Source of the DNA: Minisyncoccota bacterium
GTDB lineage: Bacteria; Patescibacteriota; Minisyncoccia; Minisyncoccales; JAZKSW01
Direction of reading: 5' to 3'
Assembly: GCA_036625875.1 (NCBI GenBank)
Contig: JAZKSW010000005.1
Span: 1-24,229, forward strand
DNA length: 24,229 nucleotides
The translations under genes were made by a program, and so were the position numbers. The notes below the pieces were generated by a model. The model was not told the DNA's origin. It was given only the letters and a program-made list of their open reading frames with translations, and did no database searches. This document shows positions 1 to 6,945 of this stretch, in pieces. Positions within the stretch are counted from its first letter, which is position 1. Each line of letters begins with the position of its first letter.

Positions 1-450
1 ACACAGTGCTGCCCCCAGAGCATCAGCTGCATCATTCGGCTTGGGAATTTCTTCTAAATCAAGGTGTTCCTTTACCATTTTCTGCACTTGTTTCTTTTTA
101 GCCTTCCCGTAGCCCGTCATAGCCATCTTAATTTGAAGGGGGGTAAATTCATAAACTTCCAGGTTATTCTCTACAGCAGTCAACATAGCTACTCCCCTAG
201 CTTGTCCCACTGGAATAGCCGATTTAGCGTTTTTAAAGAAATAAACGCTCTCTATTGCAAGAGCCTTTGGTTTATATTTATCTATTAAGCTTTTAATGTC
301 CTCGTGTATTTCTTTGAGCCGCTGTTCCGGTTCCAAATCCGCAGAGGTACGAATGCTACCAAAATCCAAAGCCTTAACTTCCTCATTCTCATACTTTACT
401 AACCCGTATCCGGTAGTAGCGGTCCCGGGATCAATTCCAAGTATAATCAT
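1..450 (-). CDS. ruvC: Holliday junction resolvase RuvC; the window edge cuts off its 3' end, so the C-terminus is missing
   Basis: Not in the ORF track because the stop lies before position 1. Manual minus-strand translation from the ATG at 450 gives MIILGIDPGTATTGYGLVKYENEEVKALDFGSIRTSADLEPEQRLKEIHEDIKSLIDKYKPKALAIESVYFFKNAKSAIPVGQARGVAMLTAVENNLEVYEFTPLQIKMAMTGYGKAKKKQVQKMVKEHLDLEEIPKPNDAADALGAALC. This matches the classic RuvC N-terminus (GIDPG), mid-region (AIE..FF..N....VGQARGV) and C-terminal motif (PKP.DAADALA.A.C). Confidence 0.88.
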   Translation of the reverse strand, partial: MIILGIDPGTATTGYGLVKYENEEVKALDFGSIRTSADLEPEQRLKEIHEDIKSLIDKYKPKALAIESVYFFKNAKSAIPVGQARGVAMLTAVENNLEVYEFTPLQIKMAMTGYGKAKKKQVQKMVKEHLDLEEIPKPNDAADALGAALC

Positions 451-728
451 ATTAGCTCTATCTGTCCATATACTAATCCGCTTAGCGAATTTAATTTTAA
501 GGCAGATTTTAAATTACGAGGAATGTAATGTATTGACGACAGGAAATACATAATATTGACGAGTAATTTAACAATGTGGTCAAAATTAATTCGTGACAAA
601 GTCAAAGCTAATAATTGAGCAATCTCTTTGTCGCTCCTCTTTGCTGTAGTATTGCTACGCAACTACAGCTTCATCGTTGCTCCGCGAGGCTTGAATTAAT
701 TGTTAGCTTCTAAGAGGATTCTATATGG

Positions 729-1442
729 TCAGAGAGAGCTATTGGTATAAACCGATTGAATTTCGGAATTATCTCTTAATTTCTCCACTAATTCTTTAAC
801 TTTTTCTTTTTCTTCTTCATTGGCCTCCGCTTCTTTTTTAGGTACCCATTTAATACCACTGGATTTTACTTCATAATCACCTAACTTTTCTTTTATCTGT
901 TCCAGATCTTCCAGGGTAGTGTAAACCTTTAATTGTTCTTCTTCAGTGACAATATCATCAGCTCCAGCATCAATAGCTTCTAATTCTAATTTTTCTTGAT
1001 CTTGATTCTTAGTATCAATTATCACCACCCCTTTCTGCTCGAATAACCATCTTACCGAACTTGTTTCCGCCAATTCACCTTGATTTTGTTTTAAAACTTG
1101 CTTTATTTCTGATAAAGTTCTGTTACGATTATCAGTCTCCCCCTCTAAAAGTATAGCAACTCCGCCAGGACCATACGCGCCAAACATAACTTTTTCTATA
1201 CTTTCTCCTTCTAATTCACCAGTTCCTTTCTTAATGGCTCGTTCAATGTTTTCCTTGGGCATATCTTCGTTACGTGCTTTTTCAATAATGCTTTTCAAAT
1301 CGGAATTCTTTTCAGGGTCGCCACCTCCTTCTCGAGCAGCAGTGGTAATTTGCTGAGAAAGTTTGGAAAACTTTTTAGCGCGTTTTTTGTCCTTTTTTTC
1401 TTTTTTATGTTTTATATTTGAATAATGAGAGTGTCCGGACAT
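729..1442 (-). CDS. yebC: YebC/PmpR-family DNA-binding transcriptional regulator
   Basis: 237 aa. N-terminus MSGHSHYSNIKHKKEKKDKKRAKKFSKLSQQITTAAREGGGDPEKNSDLKSIIEKARNEDMPKENIERAIKKGTG matches the YebC signature (MAGHSKWANIKHRK...AAR.GG.DP..N..L...I.KA...NMPK..I.RAIKKG.G). Sits in the conserved neighbourhood next to ruvC. Confidence 0.9.
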   Translation of the reverse strand: MSGHSHYSNIKHKKEKKDKKRAKKFSKLSQQITTAAREGGGDPEKNSDLKSIIEKARNEDMPKENIERAIKKGTGELEGESIEKVMFGAYGPGGVAILLEGETDNRNRTLSEIKQVLKQNQGELAETSSVRWLFEQKGVVIIDTKNQDQEKLELEAIDAGADDIVTEEEQLKVYTTLEDLEQIKEKLGDYEVKSSGIKWVPKKEAEANEEEKEKVKELVEKLRDNSEIQSVYTNSSL

Positions 1443-1473
1443 AATTTCAATTTAATTATATCTTAATTTGTCG

Positions 1474-2145
1474 CTAATTTTCAACTTCTAATAATTGTTT
1501 AAGGTAAAAAATAATGAATACCGAAAAAATAGCCGTTATTGAAGCCATTACTAACGTAAACCAAAAATTGGTAGTTTGAGGTAAGGAAGTAGTCAAAGGT
1601 CTAGCGGGCATTTGTTCCTTTTCAGGCTCTGGTTCGCTATTAACTTTTCCGGGAGTTCCACCTTCCTTTCGGGAGGTATGCCATTTCTTACCTTTTTCCA
1701 TTGTTTTATACCCCTCAACTCTACCGGCCCTCCAACCTGCTTTGTCATTTACTTCTTGCAATACCACTTCTTTTCTTTTTAATTTCAAATACTGACCATT
1801 ATTATTTAAACCACCAGTATAAATTTGATCAGCTTCGGTATCGGAAAGAGTTTTATCGTCAGTTCTTTCCAAAATAAAAAAGGAATCTGGGGCAATTTCT
1901 CCTTGTAAGTCTATTTGTAGATTTTCGTCTTGAGTTACTAACCTCCAATCCTTAAGGTTAATGGTTTTATCAGCAGAATTATACAACTCAATCCACTCGT
2001 CAGCCCAACTACTTTCCGTACCCATCCAAGCTATTTCATTAATACGCAAACTTGACCCAGCTGCCTCCACCGAGCTGCCTATCATTAACAAAACTGTTAC
2101 TAACAATATTATTTTATAATTCTCAGGGAAAATATTATTGACCAC
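1474..2145 (-). CDS. Membrane-anchored lamin-tail-domain (LTD) protein
   Basis: 223 aa. N-terminal hydrophobic signal/anchor (IILLVTVLLMIGSSVEAAG). Central segment SSLRINEIAWMG...DEWIELYNSADKTINLKDWRL...FFIL...NNGQYLKLKRKE matches the LTD fold signature (InEi..n..g...eWiEl.N.....vdLsgw.l......f.l....L.n.Gd.l.L). C-terminal TM helix (FWFTLVMASITAIFSVFIIFYL). Confidence 0.62.
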   Translation of the reverse strand: MVNNIFPENYKIILLVTVLLMIGSSVEAAGSSLRINEIAWMGTESSWADEWIELYNSADKTINLKDWRLVTQDENLQIDLQGEIAPDSFFILERTDDKTLSDTEADQIYTGGLNNNGQYLKLKRKEVVLQEVNDKAGWRAGRVEGYKTMEKGKKWHTSRKEGGTPGKVNSEPEPEKEQMPARPLTTSLPQTTNFWFTLVMASITAIFSVFIIFYLKQLLEVEN

Positions 2146-2150
2146 GGCAC

Positions 2151-3242
2151 TTATAATAATTTCCGGTTATCAATATCAACCTCATCTAAATGTTCATAGG
2201 ATTTCTCGGTAGCTATTCTGCCTCGATTAGTCCTTTCTATAAAGCCTCTTTGAATAAGATAAGGCTCATAGATATTAAGAATAGTACGTTCTTGTTCTGA
2301 AGTAGCAGCAGCCAAGGTTTTTAACCCTACCGGTCCTCCGTCGAATTTATCTACAACTGCCTTTAAAATCCTTCTATCTCCGGGCTCTAAACCTTCTTCA
2401 TCTATCTCTAAAAATGTTAATGCCTTTTCGGCGATATCCGCTTCTATTTTTCCTTCCCCTTTAACTTGAGCAAAATCTCTAACTCTTTTCAATAAGCGAT
2501 TAGCAACTCTCGGAGTAAAACGTGATCTTTCTGCTATTTTTACTACTGCTTCTTCTTCAATTTCTACTTCTAAAATATCAGCTGATCTTCTAATTATATC
2601 TTCCATTTCTTCTTGGCTGTAAAATCCCAATCTGAAAGTTGCTCCAAATCTATTTCTTAAAGGTGCAGATATCAAAGCTAACCGAGTAGTAGCCCCCACT
2701 AATGTAAACTTAGGGAGATCTATTTCTTTAGTTTCTGCCATCGGACCTCTTCCTAACACCAAATGGAGTTTGAAATCCTCCATGGCGGGATACATTACTT
2801 CTTCCGCCATTTTATTAATTCGATGACATTCGTCTAAAAATAATACGTCTCCTTCTTCTAAGTTAGTTAAAATAGATGCTAAATCGCCCGGTCTTTCTAT
2901 GGAAGGACCTGCCGTAACTTTAATATTAGCACCCATCTCTTCGGCTATTAAATGGGAAAGAGTAGTTTTTCCAAGTCCTGAACCTCCATAAAGTAATAGA
3001 TGTTCCAAGTGAGGATCTCCTCTCTTTTTTGCAGCCTTAACTATCACTTTAATATTCTCCTTTACTTTTTCCTGACCAACGTATTCATCCCACTCAGTAG
3101 GGCGAAGGGTAGAATCCAACTCCTCGTCTTCTTCCGTAGGCGTAGGATCAACCGGATCCGACTTAACGGATTCATTTGAATTTAACTCAGAAGATCCAGA
3201 ATTCGGAGCATCTGCCCCGTTTGAATTGGACTTGACAACCAT
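2151..3242 (-). CDS. ruvB: Holliday junction branch-migration ATPase RuvB
   Basis: 363 aa. EYVGQEKVKENIKVIVKAAKKRGDPHLEHLLLYGGSGLGKTTLSHLIAEEMGANIKVTAGPSIERPGDLASILTNLEEGDVLFLDECHRI is a near-textbook RuvB Walker A / sensor region. Carries a ~45-aa low-complexity N-terminal extension compared with E. coli RuvB. Confidence 0.93.
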   Translation of the reverse strand: MVVKSNSNGADAPNSGSSELNSNESVKSDPVDPTPTEEDEELDSTLRPTEWDEYVGQEKVKENIKVIVKAAKKRGDPHLEHLLLYGGSGLGKTTLSHLIAEEMGANIKVTAGPSIERPGDLASILTNLEEGDVLFLDECHRINKMAEEVMYPAMEDFKLHLVLGRGPMAETKEIDLPKFTLVGATTRLALISAPLRNRFGATFRLGFYSQEEMEDIIRRSADILEVEIEEEAVVKIAERSRFTPRVANRLLKRVRDFAQVKGEGKIEADIAEKALTFLEIDEEGLEPGDRRILKAVVDKFDGGPVGLKTLAAATSEQERTILNIYEPYLIQRGFIERTNRGRIATEKSYEHLDEVDIDNRKLL

Positions 3243-3283
3243 TTTATTATTTATTATTATATAGGCGGTTAATAGAAAGTAAC

Positions 3284-3410
3284 AGCCCCTGGGCTGGGGG
3301 CAGGAGACTTTTTCGGCCGGGTAATCCGGTGTAAAAGATGCTCTCCATACGGAGTATCGTCTGGATTATTCCTCAAAAAGACTCTGGCATTCCCCCCAGC
3401 CCAGGGGCTG
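3284..3410. other. GC-rich structured element: an 18-bp perfect closing stem around ~91 nt containing sub-hairpins. Candidate structured ncRNA or miniature inverted-repeat element; class unknown
   Basis: 3284-3301 (CAGCCCCTGGGCTGGGGG) is the exact reverse complement of 3393-3410 (CCCCCAGCCCAGGGGCTG). A second inner helix pairs 3305-3314 GAGACTTTTT with 3375-3384 AAAAAGACTC (9/10). Internal hairpins are CCGG-GTAAT-CCGG (3318-3330) and CTCC-ATAC-GGAG (3344-3355). It forms a strongly GC-rich island inside an otherwise AT-rich dnaN-ruvB intergenic spacer. Confidence 0.35.
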
Positions 3411-3419
3411 CTTACATTT

Positions 3420-4538
3420 TTAAGTAGACTTAATAGGCATTATTACGTACAAATAACTCTCATCTCCATCCGGTCTCAAGGTAGCTGCACCCTCTCCCCC
3501 ATTCATCTCAAAGATTACTTGATCCGTATTAATATTAGAGAGTCCATCTCTCACAAAGCGCCAATTAAATGAAGCTTCGGAATCTTCTCCTTCTACTTCA
3601 GCTGAAACTACTGATTTATTCTTTCCTAAATTAGGATCCTCAGAAGATATTTCTAATCCTTTATCCGAAGTTTTACATTTAACTTCATTAACTTTTCCTC
3701 CGAATAGGCTAGCTGCTTTAATTTGATTCAAGAATTTTTCGCGAGGTAATTTCAATCGAGTTTGGTGATCATCAGGAATTATTTTTTCATAGTCAGGATA
3801 GTCGCCTTCAACTAATTTGGAAGTAATTTGAAATTCCGGCTGAGTCTTTTCCGGCGACTCTGTTTTGAACATTATTTGGTTCTCGGAAATAAAAACTTTT
3901 AATTCCCTTTGTTGGTCTTTAAAAATATTCATCAACTCTCTTGCTGTTTTGCTGGGCAAAATTAAACATCTTGTTGAATCCAAAGTAGTATCGGATAAAG
4001 AAACAGTTTTTTCTCCCAATCTGAAACTGTCAGTAGCTACCATTTTTATTTCTTTTTTATTAAAGCAAATATAAACACCGGAAATTTCTGGTCTTACTTT
4101 ACTGGGAGAAGCAATGTCTTCTACTTGAGAAAGTCCTTCCATTAAAACAGAACTTTTTATTTCGGCGAATTCATCTTCTAGTTCCGGAATAATGGGAAAT
4201 TCTTTAGGATCCAATCCTTTTAATTGGCTTTCGTAATTTCCACATTTAATCTTTAAATCTTGTTTCTTTTGTTTTAATTGTATTTCCTCTTCCGGTAAGG
4301 AATTAATTAAATTAGAAAAGGCTTTAGCTGGTATAGCTACCTTTCCTTGATCTTTTATTTTAGCAAGTACTTCATATTTTATTCCTAATTCCAGATCGGT
4401 AGCAGCTAATTCTAAATGATTCTTTTTGGTGGTTAAAAGTACACTATCCAGAACAGGTAAAGAGGAACTTTTAGAAGCCACCTTTTTTATTTTATCCAGA
4501 CCTTGTTTTAAATTTTGTTTTAAAATTTTTAATTTCAT
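3420..4538 (-). CDS. dnaN: DNA polymerase III beta sliding clamp
   Basis: 372 aa. N-terminus MKLKILKQNLKQGLDKIKKVASKSSSLPVLDSVLLTTKKNHLELAATDLELGIKYEV is typical of DnaN domain I. Located directly downstream of dnaA. Confidence 0.9.
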   Translation of the reverse strand: MKLKILKQNLKQGLDKIKKVASKSSSLPVLDSVLLTTKKNHLELAATDLELGIKYEVLAKIKDQGKVAIPAKAFSNLINSLPEEEIQLKQKKQDLKIKCGNYESQLKGLDPKEFPIIPELEDEFAEIKSSVLMEGLSQVEDIASPSKVRPEISGVYICFNKKEIKMVATDSFRLGEKTVSLSDTTLDSTRCLILPSKTARELMNIFKDQQRELKVFISENQIMFKTESPEKTQPEFQITSKLVEGDYPDYEKIIPDDHQTRLKLPREKFLNQIKAASLFGGKVNEVKCKTSDKGLEISSEDPNLGKNKSVVSAEVEGEDSEASFNWRFVRDGLSNINTDQVIFEMNGGEGAATLRPDGDESYLYVIMPIKST

Positions 4539-4685
4539 ATTAATATTAATTTATTTAAATAATTAAATGTTAATACTACTATTAGGGTAGTGGATTGTGT
4601 TAATAACTTTTTAAGACCTTGAAAAAATAACGAAAGAACTGGAAAGAGATTGTTAAAAAATATTGGAAAAAATGTGGCCGTAATG

Positions 4686-6026
4686 TTAGTTGTTTTGAAT
4701 CTTCTGATTGATAAGGTCAATCTCCTCAGATAATCCATCTTCTTTACCCAACTTTTCTTCAATTTTTTCACAGGCATAAATTACCGTTGTGTGATCCCTA
4801 CCTCCAAATCTGTCTCCAATAGAAGGATAAGAATTGTCCAATTTTTCCCTTAACAAATACATTGCTACTTGTCTTGGCTTCACTACTTCTCTCTTACGTG
4901 AAGAAGAGGATAATTTTTCTTCATCTATTCCATAAAAATCAGCTACGGTTTCAACGATTTGTTCCGGATTAATTGGTTTTTTAGAAGAATAGGTGAAGTT
5001 TTTAAGAAGGGATTTAGCAACTTCTAAGTCAGGCGTTTCATTGTTAAGTTTTTTATATGCTACTAATTTATTCAAAGCTCCTTCTAACTCTCTGATGTTG
5101 TCTTTCACATTGGAAGCAATATAATCCAAGATCTTATCCGGGATTGTAATTTCCCCCTCCTTCATTTTTAGTTCCAGAATAGCCATCCTGGTTTCATAAT
5201 CAGGTAAGCTAATATCCGTAATCATACCGCCCTCAAAACGAGACCTAAGACGGTCTTTTAATGAAGAAATTGCTTTGGGGGGACGGTCCGAGGATAAAAC
5301 TATTTGGTTATCCTTTTCGTAAAGGACGTTGAAAATATGAAAGAACTCCTCTTGTGTTTTTTCTTTTCCTGATAAAAATTGAATATCATCAATTATTAAG
5401 GTATCGACATCCTTGAAGTTAGATTTAAACTCTTGGATCTTTTGGTTTTTGATTGAAGATACTACACCGGACGTGAATTTTTCTGCAGAAATGTATTTTA
5501 TTTTCTTATCTTCAAAATCTTCTCCGACTCTGTTTCCTATTGCTTGTAATAAATGGGTTTTTCCCAAACCAACTCCTCCGTAAATGAAAAGGGGATTATA
5601 AACGGAACCTGGTTCTTTTGCTACTGCCCACGCGCCCGCATGCGATAATTCATTAAAAGAACCCACCACAAAATTTTCAAAAGTATAGCGAGGATTTAAG
5701 TTGGTTTCTTTATCTAAATCAAAATCATCAAACTTCAATTGTTCTTCTTTAACGCTAGGGTTAGAGGCTTGACTTGTTTCTGAAGAATCTACCTTGTAGT
5801 CTACATCTTTAATATCAGGATCAAGATTGTGTAGTATTTTTAATATCTTTTTATGATATTTGTTTTCTAGCCACTCCTTAGTAAAATTATTAGGTACAGA
5901 TACCGTTAATTGGTCATCTTCTCTAGAAGATATTTTCGTTTTCTTGAACCAAGTAGCAAAGTTAGCTGGAGAAGTATTAAACTGGATTTGGGCTAACACT
6001 GCTTCCCACAATTCCTCTTTATTCAT
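4686..6026 (-). CDS. dnaA: Chromosomal replication initiator DnaA
   Basis: 446 aa. N-terminus MNKEELWEAVLAQIQFNTSPANFATWFKK (DnaA domain I). AAA+ Walker A NPLFIYGGVGLGKTHLLQAIGN. Walker B LIIDDIQFLSGKEKTQEEFFHIFN. C-terminal DNA-binding helix-turn-helix VAMYLLRE...S...IGDRFGGRDHTTVIYACEKI. Confidence 0.95.
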   Translation of the reverse strand: MNKEELWEAVLAQIQFNTSPANFATWFKKTKISSREDDQLTVSVPNNFTKEWLENKYHKKILKILHNLDPDIKDVDYKVDSSETSQASNPSVKEEQLKFDDFDLDKETNLNPRYTFENFVVGSFNELSHAGAWAVAKEPGSVYNPLFIYGGVGLGKTHLLQAIGNRVGEDFEDKKIKYISAEKFTSGVVSSIKNQKIQEFKSNFKDVDTLIIDDIQFLSGKEKTQEEFFHIFNVLYEKDNQIVLSSDRPPKAISSLKDRLRSRFEGGMITDISLPDYETRMAILELKMKEGEITIPDKILDYIASNVKDNIRELEGALNKLVAYKKLNNETPDLEVAKSLLKNFTYSSKKPINPEQIVETVADFYGIDEEKLSSSSRKREVVKPRQVAMYLLREKLDNSYPSIGDRFGGRDHTTVIYACEKIEEKLGKEDGLSEEIDLINQKIQNN

Positions 6027-6328
6027 GGTTATAACTAAATAGGAGGTTAAAGTTTATAAAAGAATACAGAACTTTGTTTCTTTTGTTTCTACTTTAATTT
6101 TAACACATCCTGAAAAAGTTTCCACACCCCCAAACAACCTTTATTTATGTTTTTTGTGTATAACATGAGGAAAATTTGTTGATCAATTTTGGATTAATTG
6201 GTAGTTTTTAGAACATTGTAATCAGCAAAAATTTACGTTAAACTGAATAAGGTGCTTCTATTTTCTCGCTCGCTTCAGAAATATAAATAAACAATTATTT
6301 AATTTCCTTGCTCGCTCGTAATTATAAG
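6027..6328. promoter_or_regulatory. dnaA-rnpA divergent intergenic region; candidate oriC / dnaA promoter region with a few DnaA-box-like 9-mers and an AT-rich stretch
   Basis: TGTGTATAA at 6156-6164 is 8/9 to TGTGGATAA. GTTTCCACA near 6117-6125 is the reverse complement of TGTGGAAAC, 7/9. An AT-rich run spans 6130-6165. Box density is modest and I cannot compute GC skew, so this is only a candidate. Confidence 0.3.
6262..6328 (+). promoter_or_regulatory. rnpA promoter/leader module, copy A of a duplicated ~55-nt leader element
   Basis: TTCTCGCTCGCTTCAG-AAATATAAATAAACAATTATTTA-AATTTCCTTGCTCGCTCG-TAATTATAAG-ATG. The 23-nt core at 6278-6300 is identical to 15100-15122 on the opposite strand. 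It contains a -10-like TATAAAT at 6281-6287. Confidence 0.45.
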
Positions 6329-6697
6329 ATGCTGCCTAAAGATAATAGACTCAAAAAGGAAAAAGATTTCGAAAGGGTTTTTAAAAAAGGAAAGAGCTAC
6401 AACCAAACCTTTTTATTTTTGAAGGTTCTAAAAAGAGATAACAACCAAGAAAGTCGATTTGGTTTTGTAGTATCTACTAAGGTTTCAAAGAAGGCAGTAG
6501 TTAGAAATAAATTAAAAAGACAATTAAGAGAAATAATAAGAGAGAAGTTACCGGAGATTAAGTCCGACTATGATGCAGTAACAGTTGTTCAGCCCGGTAT
6601 TGAAACTCAGTCTTTTCATCAACTCAAGCAAAATTTACTTCAGCTTTTAAAAGAAGCGAATTTAATAAAAGATGAATCCATTAATCAAGATAATTAA
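6329..6697 (+). CDS. rnpA: Ribonuclease P protein component RnpA
   Basis: MLPKDNRLKKEKDFERVFKKGKSY...FGFVVSTKVSKKAVVRNKLKRQLREIIRE carries the RnpA RNR motif (R.RN..KR..RE). I prefer the ATG at 6329 over the in-frame TTG at 6308 that the ORF track used. No rpmH is detectable upstream. Confidence 0.85.
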   Translation: MLPKDNRLKKEKDFERVFKKGKSYNQTFLFLKVLKRDNNQESRFGFVVSTKVSKKAVVRNKLKRQLREIIREKLPEIKSDYDAVTVVQPGIETQSFHQLKQNLLQLLKEANLIKDESINQDN

Positions 6698-6875
6698 ATT
6701 TTATCAAGAATACATAACTCCTTATACGGGGAGACATTGTCGTTTTTATCCTACGTGTTCCCAGTATTCAATTACAAGTTTAAAAAAGTACGGATTTTGG
6801 AGGGGTTTATGGAAATCAACAAAGAGAATTAGCAGATGTCATCCTTGGAATAAAGGAGGAATAGATCTCCCCTGA
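6672..6875 (+). CDS. yidD: Membrane protein insertion efficiency factor YidD
   Basis: 67 aa. YTGRHCRFYPTCSQYSITSLKKYGFWRGLWKSTKRISRCHPWNKGGIDLP matches the YidD signature (CRF.PTCS.Y.......G...G......RI.RCHP...GG.D). Overlaps the rnpA 3' end by 26 nt. Confidence 0.85.
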   Translation: MNPLIKIIKFYQEYITPYTGRHCRFYPTCSQYSITSLKKYGFWRGLWKSTKRISRCHPWNKGGIDLP

Positions 6876-6900
6876 AACTTTTTTGGCTAAAAAAGTTTCA
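6873..6900. repeat. AT-rich perfect palindrome (12-bp arms) TGAAACTTTTTT-GGCT-AAAAAAGTTTCA, copy 1 of 2. Possible bidirectional terminator/attenuator or protein-binding palindrome
   Basis: Left arm 6873-6884 and right arm 6889-6900 are exact reverse complements. The left arm begins with the yidD TGA stop. It is followed by CACAAAAAAA. A near-identical element lies at 22249-22274. Confidence 0.5.
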
Positions 6901-6945
6901 CAAAAAAACGTATACAAATCGTAAATTAACTAATTATTATTTTCC

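Noticed and set aside
64-553. Plus-strand ORFs 64..288 and 296..553 from the ORF track
   Set aside because: They lie antisense to a clear RuvC reading frame (minus strand 1..450) and have low-complexity, F/L/S-rich translations typical of spurious reverse-strand ORFs in AT-rich DNA.
447-662. Minus-strand 71-aa ORF in the yebC-ruvC spacer
   Set aside because: No recognisable motifs, and it overlaps the ruvC start. More likely a non-coding promoter region: it contains the GCTGTAGT...ACTACAGC hairpin and the CGCTCC motifs.
3284-3410. Assigning the GC-rich structured element to SRP RNA or 6S RNA
   Set aside because: There is a GNRA-like GTAA tetraloop on the plus strand (CCGG-GTAAT-CCGG), but the flanking sequence lacks the conserved SRP domain IV motifs (GGAAG...AGCAG). 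The element is shorter than typical 6S RNA (~180 nt). The class is left unassigned.
3865-4074. Antisense ORFs inside dnaN (3865..4074), dnaA (5860..6042), the pilin-fusion and virB6-like genes (8291..8476, 8797..8985, 9419..9727, 10166..10650, 11380..11664, 18144..18885, 19537..20103), virB4 (14512..14706), ksgA (20816..20998) and the charged protein (23239..24122)
   Set aside because: Each is fully embedded opposite a much longer ORF with strong family signatures. Their translations are low-complexity. Treated as shadow ORFs.
4535-4777. 80-aa minus-strand ORF spanning the dnaA 3' end and the dnaA-dnaN spacer
   Set aside because: It overlaps the DnaA C-terminal coding region in another frame. 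Its hydrophobic/basic low-complexity translation shows no conservation signal.
6027-6328. Search for rpmH (ribosomal protein L34) upstream of rnpA
   Set aside because: No ATG/GTG/TTG-initiated short ORF with the basic L34 signature (MKRTFQPS...RR.KGR) exists on either strand. The only short plus-strand ORFs here terminate after 5-11 codons.
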